A stretch of 64,000 nucleotides of DNA, taken from IMG/VR virus record IMGVR_UViG_3300017917_002441, positions 85,074-149,073 of that record. The stretch is one strand, 5' to 3'. Source of the stretch: a virus. The notes beneath the pieces are model-generated. The model was given only the letters and a program-made list of their open reading frames with translations. It had not been told where the DNA came from and searched no databases. Position 1 is the stretch's first letter, and the number at the start of each line of letters is the position of its first letter. Of this stretch, positions 34,852 through 43,371 are shown one piece after another. The translations under genes were made by a program, and so were the position numbers.

Positions 34852-35333
34852 ATGAAATCCAGATCAATCTGGATTCTATGATAACTGATTACAGTAGTGA
34901 TTACAGTACTATCAGGATGTCTGATTACAATATAAACATTTCAGACACCATTACACTGAGCAACACCGGTGCTATCAGCGGAGCAATGGGCTCCACATAC
35001 CAATACCCCAATGTTACAATTGCCAACGGTGCTTATACCACCAGCGCATTTGGAAACGTGTGGGGAGGAAATCCACTAACAGTTGGCGGATCAGGACAAG
35101 TTGATCTCATAGGTGAAAATGCTGATATCAAAATCAACGGCAAAAGTTTGTGCAAAGCAATTGAAGCCATTGAACAACGACTCAACATACTCACCCCCAA
35201 CACCAAACTAGAAGCCGAGTGGGATGAACTACGCAAGCTAGGTGAACGCTATCGTGAGCTAGAAAAGCAGTGCTTGGAAAAAGCCGAGATGTGGAAAAAG
35301 CTCAAATCAATGCCCCCACCCGAAATAGTATGA
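34827..35333 (+). CDS. Hypothetical protein
   Basis: ADIKINGKSL...IEQRLNIL; coiled-coil C-terminus. Confidence 0.7.
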   Translation: MDSTETKLNEIQINLDSMITDYSSDYSTIRMSDYNINISDTITLSNTGAISGAMGSTYQYPNVTIANGAYTTSAFGNVWGGNPLTVGGSGQVDLIGENADIKINGKSLCKAIEAIEQRLNILTPNTKLEAEWDELRKLGERYRELEKQCLEKAEMWKKLKSMPPPEIV

Positions 35334-36127
35334 CACCAAAACAAAGAATCAAGCACATAGTTTCGTGGATACGGAATTATGCCAAACAAAACAAAATCCA
35401 AACCTTGGTTGTTGGAGTAAGTGGTGGTATTGATTCTGCTGTGGTGTCTGCGCTGTGTGCCAAAACTGGTATGAGAACTGTGGCACTGAGCATGCCTATT
35501 CGTCAAAGCGAACACACGCACAATCTAAGTCAACAACATTGTATGTGGTTGGTCAATCGCTACGAAAACGCAGAATTCCATAACATTGATCTTACGTCTA
35601 CATTCGAGCAATTTGAATCTGTTACAGTGCAGTTTGGTAATCAGCTGGCCTATGCAAACACTCGCAGTAGATTGCGAATGACAACACTGTATCAAGTAGC
35701 ACAGGCCATGGACGGTATTGTAGTGGGCACCGGCAACCGAGTAGAAGACTTTGGAGTAGGATTCTTTACCAAGTACGGCGATGGCGGCGTGGACATCAGC
35801 CCCATTGCTGACTGTTTGAAGACTGAAGTGTGGGACATGGGCCGCGAGCTAGGTGTGTTATCAAGCATTATTGATGCCGCACCCACTGATGGATTATGGG
35901 ACGATCAGCGCACTGACGAAGATCAAATTGGCATGACATATCCTGATCTAGAGCGTATGATGGCACTAGACTTCTTGAAACGTGCGCACATTGTAGATTC
36001 CAGTATGCCCGGGAGTGCCAAACTCAACGCAGATGACCGTAAAAAACTAAAACGCTACCAAGAACTACGTGCAAGAAACATGCACAAAATGATCCCAATA
36101 CCTATTTGTAAAATACCCAAGGAATAA
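35330..36127 (+). CDS. nadE: NH3-dependent NAD+ synthetase
   Basis: [35 protein letters not shown]...QRTDEDQIG. Confidence 0.95.
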   Translation: MTPKQRIKHIVSWIRNYAKQNKIQTLVVGVSGGIDSAVVSALCAKTGMRTVALSMPIRQSEHTHNLSQQHCMWLVNRYENAEFHNIDLTSTFEQFESVTVQFGNQLAYANTRSRLRMTTLYQVAQAMDGIVVGTGNRVEDFGVGFFTKYGDGGVDISPIADCLKTEVWDMGRELGVLSSIIDAAPTDGLWDDQRTDEDQIGMTYPDLERMMALDFLKRAHIVDSSMPGSAKLNADDRKKLKRYQELRARNMHKMIPIPICKIPKE

Positions 36128-36129
36128 AG

Positions 36130-36456
36130 ATGACTTATGTTGTAACCGAAAGCTGTGTCAAATGCAAGTACACCGACTGTGTAGATGTTTGCCCAGTTGA
36201 CTGTTTCAAAGCTGGACCAAACTTTCTTGTAATTGATCCCGACGAGTGCATTGATTGTGCTGTATGCGTAACCGAATGTCCGGTGAATGCTATCTACGCT
36301 GATCGAGATTTGCCCGAAAGCCAACGAGAATTTTTGGATATCAATGCTCGTCTAGCTAAAAACTGGCCTACAATTAGCAAAAAGATTGAGCCACTGCCTG
36401 ATGCAGAAGAGTGGGCTGGTGTAACTGAAAAACGACATTTAATCGATCAAGGTTGA
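36130..36456 (+). CDS. fdxA: FdxA-type ferredoxin
   Basis: [26 protein letters not shown]...[21 protein letters not shown]. Confidence 0.93.
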   Translation: MTYVVTESCVKCKYTDCVDVCPVDCFKAGPNFLVIDPDECIDCAVCVTECPVNAIYADRDLPESQREFLDINARLAKNWPTISKKIEPLPDAEEWAGVTEKRHLIDQG

Positions 36457-36574
36457 CAACTAACTCAAAAACTCATATAATAGTGTTTTATTAGTTAAAA
36501 CCCTATATTATGGAAAAAATTGAGTGTTTTGGCAGTTTTTTAACTGATGTAGACAGTCAGAAACTAAGTAAAAC

Positions 36575-36910
36575 TGAACGCGGAAAACAGATACCGGCGC
36601 TTTTTAAGCCATTGAAAGGGTCCGCGAACACTTGCAGTCCGTTGCAAGATAATAATAATAAAAATACGGACACACGTTGCAGTCTTGGAATTTCGTCCAA
36701 AATACCAAGGCTGTTCGAAAGAGGGCTTCGGAAATCCTCTTCGTTGACAAATGGTATTGATTCCGCCAAACACTGTAGCGATATGGACGCTGGTGGAATC
36801 CAAGAGAGTATGCCAAAGAAGGCCCGAGGTCTCGCACATAACTCTGATGTAAATATCACGTCAACGTCGTTCATCTTGAACAACTCCGGTGAACAGCTCA
36901 CTATTAGCTG
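36575..36910 (+). ncRNA. Candidate large structured ncRNA / 5' leader
   Basis: At least seven helices, two potential pseudoknots and a closing TGAAC/GTTCA stem; TAAGTA motif at 36565. Confidence 0.55.
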
Positions 36911-36923
36911 AAAGGAGAAAACG

Positions 36924-37490
36924 TTGAAACTAACTTCAATTAATCGTTTAGGCAGTACAGCCTTAAAGGTTCTAGGTTTCGTAGCTGTGATTTTTGTAGT
37001 GGCTTCTGCCACCAATGCCAAGCTTGATTCCCTGAAAGGAACCAATGAAGTAGCCCGCCAAGGATTTGTCAGTGTGGCGGATCGTACCAAGCAACTTGAG
37101 TGCTTGACACGTAACATTTATTGGGAAGCTGGCACAGAACCTTTTGAAGGCAAAGTAGCAGTGGCCCAAGTCACCTTGAACCGTGTGGAATCCGGTCGCT
37201 TTGCTCGTGACATTTGCGGTGTGGTATATCAAAAGAATGTGATCTATGACAAAGTAGTATGTCAGTTCTCATGGTTCTGTGATGGGTCCAGCAAGGTCCG
37301 ACCCATTTATCCAGCACACTGGAAAGAAGCCGAAGAAGTAGCCAAAAAGGTTCTACTAGAAGGCTTTAGACTACCCAGTCTCAAAGATGCTCTTTATTTC
37401 CATGCTGATTATGTAAACCCGCAATGGAAGAAAGAAAAAGTAGCAAAGTTTGGTCGACATATCTTTTACGCAGAACGGAATAACATATGA
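36924..37490 (+). CDS. Cell wall hydrolase (SleB/Hydrolase_2 family)
   Basis: CLTRNIYWEAGTE, AVAQVTLNRV, CQFSW, ALYFHADYVNPQW, GRHIFY; N-terminal TM; AAGGAG RBS. Confidence 0.92.
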   Translation: MKLTSINRLGSTALKVLGFVAVIFVVASATNAKLDSLKGTNEVARQGFVSVADRTKQLECLTRNIYWEAGTEPFEGKVAVAQVTLNRVESGRFARDICGVVYQKNVIYDKVVCQFSWFCDGSSKVRPIYPAHWKEAEEVAKKVLLEGFRLPSLKDALYFHADYVNPQWKKEKVAKFGRHIFYAERNNI

Positions 37491-37804
37491 TCATGCAACG
37501 ACTGGAAGAATTTAGAAAAAACTTCAACGTCTGGACCAACCAGCACTTCAGCAAAATTTCAGCTGATACCTTGGGCTGGTTGGCAGTGATATTGATTCAT
37601 TGCTCAACTATTCCCACCTTGTTGGCATTGCTGACAGGACTCAGCGACACTGTACCCAATTTGGACATTGTGATGTTTATGTGGGCTGGCTTGGTGTTGT
37701 TGTTTGCACGTGCTGTGGTGCTCAAAGATACTTTGAATATCATCACAGTGGGTGTGGGCTTTATTGCCCAAGCAGTGATCATGGCAATGATCTTGTTCAA
37801 ATAA
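37487..37804 (+). CDS. Three-TM membrane protein
   Basis: Hydrophobic helices; coupled to the hydrolase gene. Confidence 0.7.
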   Translation: MIMQRLEEFRKNFNVWTNQHFSKISADTLGWLAVILIHCSTIPTLLALLTGLSDTVPNLDIVMFMWAGLVLLFARAVVLKDTLNIITVGVGFIAQAVIMAMILFK

Positions 37805-37807
37805 TGC

Positions 37808-37836
37808 TTGACCAAAAATCCCCATTTTGCTATAAT
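37808..37836 (+). promoter_or_regulatory. Early promoter cassette
   Basis: TTGACCAAAAATCCCCATTTTGCTATAAT. Confidence 0.75.
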
Positions 37837-37865
37837 ATTGTTATTGTGAGTAATGGGGATTTTTT

Positions 37866-38270
37866 ATGACCATGCATCTTGAAGGCCCTTGGCTGAGTAC
37901 TACTGGCAAGCTAAAAAGCAAACGCAGAAAATATGCATCAGCAGATGCCGCCCGCAAGGCTCGAGAACTGCAAGCTGAGTGGGAACGCCGGCAACAAGAG
38001 TGGGACAAGCTGGCTCCAAAGTTCAGCAACAACAAAATGGCCAAAGCCCGGCCCAAATCCAATTTCCCTACATATCAACCTCCTCCCGGACGTGAAACTG
38101 TTCGTATTCCCAGCCTCAACAACGGTGTTGATACCGGGGTTGCTACACGTGCTCCTGACAAAGTGTACACTGGTACCAAGATCAAAGGCATTGGTACCAT
38201 GCACAAATCCAATGCAGTGCCAATCTTTTCAGATGAGCAAGCTGTGGAAATAAGTAAGATGCGACGTTAA
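37866..38270 (+). CDS. Phage hypothetical protein
   Basis: C-terminal [21 protein letters not shown] motif. Confidence 0.8.
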   Translation: MTMHLEGPWLSTTGKLKSKRRKYASADAARKARELQAEWERRQQEWDKLAPKFSNNKMAKARPKSNFPTYQPPPGRETVRIPSLNNGVDTGVATRAPDKVYTGTKIKGIGTMHKSNAVPIFSDEQAVEISKMRR

Positions 38271-38290
38271 CAAAAGGAAAGCAAACTCAA

Positions 38291-38509
38291 TTGGCCAAAG
38301 AAGAAGGTTTTAAAATGGAAGGGCAAGTGGTAGAGGTACTACCCAACGCCATGTTCCGTGTCAAATTAGATGTAAATGCAACACCGGTGACCGGTATCAT
38401 TTCAGGAAAAATGCGACAGCACAATATCAAAATTCTCTTGGGAGACCGAGTAGAAATTGAATTCAGCCCATATGATCTAACTCGTGGGCGCATTACCCGT
38501 AGAAAATAA
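38291..38509 (+). CDS. infA: Translation initiation factor IF-1
   Basis: MAKEE...[12 protein letters not shown]...[18 protein letters not shown]...[10 protein letters not shown]. Confidence 0.96.
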   Translation: MAKEEGFKMEGQVVEVLPNAMFRVKLDVNATPVTGIISGKMRQHNIKILLGDRVEIEFSPYDLTRGRITRRK

Positions 38510-38517
38510 ATATCAGT

Positions 38518-39060
38518 ATGCGTGAACATATTGATCTCATTGAAGCTAGCACTCGCCCAGCCAAACTAGAAACCACTCCGCTTCCTTACGGGGAACGAGA
38601 TCTAGAACCTGTGATGAGCCGTGCTACAATCAACTACCATTACGAACATTTAGCCAAAGGCTATGCAAAGCGTTACAACGCAGGAGAGGGCAATGCCAAT
38701 TTTAATCGTGCTGGCAGTTATTTGCACAATAAATTTTTCCCTCAACTTCGTGCTCCTAAACCCAGCAACCGCCCCAAGGGTGCTGTACTTGCGTTGATCG
38801 AAGAGCACTTTAAGACTTGGGAAGATTTCAAAGAATCTTTCAAAGAAGAAGCAATGAAGATACAAGGGTCGGGTTGGATTTATTTGAGCACATCGGGTGA
38901 CATCAAAACCATTGCCAACCATGCTGTGCGCACTGATATCTGCATGCTGGTGGATTGGTGGGAACATGCTTGGGCTCTGGACTACCAAAGCGACAAAGAA
39001 GCATATCTAAACAATATCTGGAAAATTATTGACTGGGACGTTTGCAACGAACGACTATGA
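38518..39060 (+). CDS. Fe/Mn superoxide dismutase
   Basis: [30 protein letters not shown]. Confidence 0.9.
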   Translation: MREHIDLIEASTRPAKLETTPLPYGERDLEPVMSRATINYHYEHLAKGYAKRYNAGEGNANFNRAGSYLHNKFFPQLRAPKPSNRPKGAVLALIEEHFKTWEDFKESFKEEAMKIQGSGWIYLSTSGDIKTIANHAVRTDICMLVDWWEHAWALDYQSDKEAYLNNIWKIIDWDVCNERL

Positions 39061-39380
39061 TTACAATTACTGATTCTGCTGTTGAAAAAATTCGAGACAT
39101 TCTTGCTGAAGAAAACAACCCCAATCTGCGATTGCGTGTGTTTGTGCAAGGTGGCGGCTGTTCGGGATTTCAGTACGGCTTTACACTAGATGAAGACCAC
39201 AACGATGACGACTTTAATATCGAAGCTGGTGGTGTTGAAGTTTTAGTGGATGCAATGAGCAGTCAATACCTTCAAGGTGCCACAGTAGACTACAAAGAAG
39301 ATGTGTACGGTGCCAACTTTACCATCAACAATCCGCAAGCTGTTTCCACTTGCGGATGCGGTTCAAGTTTTTCTATTTAA
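39057..39380 (+). CDS. erpA: Fe-S cluster insertion protein (ErpA/IscA, HesB family)
   Basis: [17 protein letters not shown] and CGCGSSF. Confidence 0.9.
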   Translation: MITITDSAVEKIRDILAEENNPNLRLRVFVQGGGCSGFQYGFTLDEDHNDDDFNIEAGGVEVLVDAMSSQYLQGATVDYKEDVYGANFTINNPQAVSTCGCGSSFSI

Positions 39381-41260
39381 ACGTCAATAAAGAACGGGGT
39401 AACCCAGTTCTCGCTGCCAAATAATCCACCACCGCCCATGTTTACTTGTGTCACAGCTATACCGGCTGCGGCACACTTGGCCAAGAACAAGTTGTAAGAC
39501 GAACGCACAGTGTCTGTGGTCATGCTACCTGAATTGTCCACTGCTAGTATTACTTTACTACCGGCAGATGCATTGTCAAGACCGCAGATAACAAACCAGT
39601 CAGAAACTGCACTGCTACCGTTGTCGCGATTTACAGCAATAGGGCCTCGAGATCCCCGATAATTATAATAGTTGTCAGGAACTTTCAAACTGCCTTGACT
39701 AGGGCCACCGGGTTGTAACAAGTTAAATGCACGTAGCGGATAAGTGGCTGTGAATTGATCCCAGTTAGATTGTATAGTACCAGCGTTGACGCTACACTCG
39801 TCAATGACAGCAACACAGGATACAAACGGAGTGCCTACAGAACTGCTTCGACTGACGTATCCAAACTGACCTGACGCAACAACAAAGTTTGGTGCGTAAG
39901 TGCCTGATACTGGTTCCCAAATTCCGTTTACATTTACAAAGTCACCTTTGACTGGATACCAATCACCGTTGTCTTTGACCCAGGTTTGTTTGACTGGTTG
40001 CCAACCGTCGTTGACCTTGACAAAGGTGCCATTGATATCAAAATCTAGTACAGCGTAGCCTGGGTTACCAGCTTGGCCAGTTGTGCCACCGTAGCCCACA
40101 CCCCCGCCAGGGTAATACCCTTGTCCAGTTCCGCCAGGTGCTCGGCCACTGGGGTTAGCACTGACATCACCACGATTTCCGCCATAGAAACCAGGATATC
40201 CCCAAGTGTCATACGGTGCTTGATTGCCACCTTGTCCTGCACCCCAACCGCCACCTCCGGCTCCACCGCCACCGCCATCGCCCTCACGATCAACGCCGTC
40301 GCCACCAATGCTGATGCCAATTGCGGCTTGCCCGGCGGAACCAGGTGCATTGCCCGGTTGACCTCCACCGCCATTGATACCGGCACCTGCGCCACCACCG
40401 CCACCACCGGCTACAGCAACAACGACTCCGTTCTTTCTTAGCACTGTGGCTCCACCACCGCCGCCACCGCCACCAGACGACCCAATCCAACCTGCGCGGC
40501 CGCCAGATCCACCGCAGAAAGAATTACCACCGTTGATAGACAATGCAAAACTGCCCGGACCACCAGTGTTTACGCCATACAATCTAACAGTGTGATTGCC
40601 TGCTGTTACGTATACACGAGCAATATAAGTGGTTCCGTACCCTGAAATATTCAGTATATTTGCCCCGTCAAGATAGATGTAACCGTAGTTGTCAACAGAT
40701 CCTTCAAATGTGTACACACCGGTGCTAGGGAAGTTTACTGTGTAAGATCGATCAAATATTGCACTGCCACCACCGGCTTCATTCCAAACTCCATAGTTGT
40801 TTAGGAATGTGCAGTAAGCACTGTTTTGTACTCTAGGCAATCCAAGGTCGACTGTGTTAAAGAGGCCGCCACCTAGTAACAAACTAGGTCCGGCTGCGCC
40901 ACCACTGGCACCGCCATAATATCCCCACCAACCCCACCAGCCGTAGCCGTAGTAGTCATACCATGCCCACGAGCGCCACCACCACCAACGCCAGTAATAC
41001 CACCCGCCGTTGTTGCCGGCACCACCAGGACCGCCCACACTGACTTCTAGTACATCTCCGGGATTCACAGTGAGCGTGACTCGAGTAAAGCCACCGCCAC
41101 CACCTTCGCCACCTGGATTTCCAGCATCATTGCCACCACCGCCACCGCCGGCTCCCCACAAGTATGCAGTTACCGTTCCGTTGTAGGCCTGAGTTGAAGG
41201 CCAAGTCAAAGTTTGACGATAGCCTGTGTATCCTAATGCTCTAATAATTGATTGTGCCAT
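39377..41260 (-). CDS. Gly-rich virion (tail-associated) protein with PA14-like and VWA-like regions
   Basis: [10 protein letters not shown] and polyglycine tracts; [11 protein letters not shown]; C-terminal VDNSGSM (DxSxS). Confidence 0.7.
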   Translation of the reverse strand: MAQSIIRALGYTGYRQTLTWPSTQAYNGTVTAYLWGAGGGGGGNDAGNPGGEGGGGGFTRVTLTVNPGDVLEVSVGGPGGAGNNGGWYYWRWWWWRSWAWYDYYGYGWWGWWGYYGGASGGAAGPSLLLGGGLFNTVDLGLPRVQNSAYCTFLNNYGVWNEAGGGSAIFDRSYTVNFPSTGVYTFEGSVDNYGYIYLDGANILNISGYGTTYIARVYVTAGNHTVRLYGVNTGGPGSFALSINGGNSFCGGSGGRAGWIGSSGGGGGGGGATVLRKNGVVVAVAGGGGGGAGAGINGGGGQPGNAPGSAGQAAIGISIGGDGVDREGDGGGGGAGGGGWGAGQGGNQAPYDTWGYPGFYGGNRGDVSANPSGRAPGGTGQGYYPGGGVGYGGTTGQAGNPGYAVLDFDINGTFVKVNDGWQPVKQTWVKDNGDWYPVKGDFVNVNGIWEPVSGTYAPNFVVASGQFGYVSRSSSVGTPFVSCVAVIDECSVNAGTIQSNWDQFTATYPLRAFNLLQPGGPSQGSLKVPDNYYNYRGSRGPIAVNRDNGSSAVSDWFVICGLDNASAGSKVILAVDNSGSMTTDTVRSSYNLFLAKCAAAGIAVTQVNMGGGGLFGSENWVTPFFIDV

Positions 41261-41269
41261 GCTGTGCCG

Positions 41270-43300
41270 TTAAATCTGGTACCAAATATCGCCGTTGTTG
41301 CCACCACTGGGGTTGGCTGTGGAAACGTATCTTATCCCAAAACCATTGCTGTTTGTTGCAATACTCAATATGCGGTTAGTACTTAGATCGCCGCCGCCAG
41401 TGAGTCCAGCGCCAGCAATGATTTGTAGTGTAGTAGATGGGACACCTAAATTGGTTCTGGCTTGTGCCGCAGTAGAAGCACCGGTACCACCATCTGCTAT
41501 GGCAAGATCTGTGATGCCTGTAATAGAGCCACCAATGATAGCAACTGCGCCTGCGTTTTGTGTTGCCATTGTGCCTACATCAGTTACAGCACCGCTTCTA
41601 AGACCAAGATTGGTACGTGCTCCGCTTGCGTCGTTTGCCCCGGTACCACCGTTGTTCAGGCCCAGTGGTGCAGACAATACGTTGATATAGCCGCCATTGA
41701 TGCTGACATCATTGGCATTTTGTGTGGCCATGCTACCTAGTCCAAGATTGGTTCTTGCTTGAACTGCTGTATTAGCACCAGTACCGCCAGACGCAACTGG
41801 TATTGGGTTGATACCGCTGATGTTACCGCCAGTGATGTTGACGTTGGCACTACCTTGAGTGGCCATTGTGCCAAGTCCTAGGTTAATTCTGGCAGTTACT
41901 ACGTCGGTTGCACTGGTACCGCCAGATGTAATAGACAGTGGACTTAACAATGATTGTACAGTGACACCTTGAATAGTACCGCCAGTAATGCTAACAGCGT
42001 CACTGCTTTGAGTAGCAATAGATCCTAGGCCTAGATTATCTCTAGCAGTGGCAGCATTATTGGCATTGGTACCACCGTCTGCAATTGCCAACGGAGCGAT
42101 GCCTGCAATAGTACCGCCTGTGATATTGACAGCATTGCGGTTTTGTGTAGCTATACTGCCCAATCCCAGATTGCTTCTTGCACCGGCAGCATCAGACGCA
42201 CCAGTACCACCATCGGCTATAGCAAGATCAACAATGCCTGTGATCTCTCCGCCTGAAATATTAATAGCGTTGGCGTCTTGAGTTGAAACACTGCCTAGTC
42301 CTAAGTTTGTTCTTGCATCTCCGGGAGTGGCCGCACCTGTGCCGCCAAACGCCACAGCAATTGGTGCAACACCGCTGATAGAGCCACCAGTGATAGTCAC
42401 ACTATTGGCATTTTGTTGACTCATTGTACCCAATGTACCAGTGATGTTTTTTACAAATGCTGTGGTAGCCAACTGATCAGTGTTGGAGTTATTGGGTGCA
42501 GTGGGCGCAGTTGGGATGCCAGTAAATGCTGGTGAATCTTTTTCACCTTGTACAAATGCTGTTGTGGCAATTTGTGTGGAATTTGTGTTGTAAGCCGCAG
42601 TTGGTGCAGTGGGTGTTCCGCTAAACGCTGGGCTAACTTTGTTGTTTTGTACAAATGCTGTGGTGGCAACAATATTGCTGTTGTCTGTAACAGGCACAGT
42701 GGGTGCTGTGGGAGAGCCTGAAAATTCAGGACCTGACGTTACAAAAGCCGTTGTAGCAATTTGCGTGGTATTTGTGCCAGCATTGGCTGTGGGCGCAGTG
42801 GGCACACCGCTTAATTGCACACTGTTTGTGACAAAAGCTGTTGTGGCAATCTGTGTGGTAGCTGTGCCTGGAGCCGCTGTGGGCGCACGTGGCGTGCCCA
42901 AAAACTGTGGGCTAGATGTAACAAATTCTGTTGTGGCAATCTGTGTAGTTGATGTACCGGTAGCTGCCGTGGGTGCTTCGGGTACACCGCTGAAAACCGG
43001 AGAAACCTTGGCTTCTTCGATGTTTTGTTGAGTGGCCACAGGTGCCCAAGTATTGGCGCTGTTGTACACACTCAGTGTGTCTGACGCAGAATTGTACCAT
43101 AATTGCCCTGTGATAGGGTTATTGGGTGCTGTGGAATTTGTAAAATTTTCCAGTAATTTTACGTAGTTTTCGTTTTCGCTTTCACCATAGCCAGCAACAG
43201 CTCGGCCTACAAGCGCCAAGCTGGTAGCACTGGTGTTTATTGTGCCGTCTGCAACAACGGCTAAAACCTGACCGCGACTGTTATTGATAATATATGACAT
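41270..43300 (-). CDS. Tail fibre protein with two repeat arrays
   Basis: N-terminal LVGR...YGESENEN...LLENF...GQLWY; six PTAPT...ATTAFV repeats; seven GGTGA...ARTNLG repeats. Confidence 0.8.
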   Translation of the reverse strand: MSYIINNSRGQVLAVVADGTINTSATSLALVGRAVAGYGESENENYVKLLENFTNSTAPNNPITGQLWYNSASDTLSVYNSANTWAPVATQQNIEEAKVSPVFSGVPEAPTAATGTSTTQIATTEFVTSSPQFLGTPRAPTAAPGTATTQIATTAFVTNSVQLSGVPTAPTANAGTNTTQIATTAFVTSGPEFSGSPTAPTVPVTDNSNIVATTAFVQNNKVSPAFSGTPTAPTAAYNTNSTQIATTAFVQGEKDSPAFTGIPTAPTAPNNSNTDQLATTAFVKNITGTLGTMSQQNANSVTITGGSISGVAPIAVAFGGTGAATPGDARTNLGLGSVSTQDANAINISGGEITGIVDLAIADGGTGASDAAGARSNLGLGSIATQNRNAVNITGGTIAGIAPLAIADGGTNANNAATARDNLGLGSIATQSSDAVSITGGTIQGVTVQSLLSPLSITSGGTSATDVVTARINLGLGTMATQGSANVNITGGNISGINPIPVASGGTGANTAVQARTNLGLGSMATQNANDVSINGGYINVLSAPLGLNNGGTGANDASGARTNLGLRSGAVTDVGTMATQNAGAVAIIGGSITGITDLAIADGGTGASTAAQARTNLGVPSTTLQIIAGAGLTGGGDLSTNRILSIATNSNGFGIRYVSTANPSGGNNGDIWYQI

Positions 43301-43371
43301 TGAATAGCTCCGAACTCGTGTATTTAGCGGTCTAGTATCTTTTGGTAAATAGCATACAAGGACAGGATTTT

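Noticed and set aside
36510-37117. ORFs 36510-36911 (+), and 36557-37117, 36564-36839, 36604-36837 (-)
   Set aside because: No clear RBS or recognisable motifs, and atypical composition. The region is better explained as structured RNA plus the antisense of the hydrolase gene.
40911-41008. Aromatic patch as a diversity-generating retroelement variable region
   Set aside because: No template repeat or reverse transcriptase seen, and the codons do not show adenine-specific variation.
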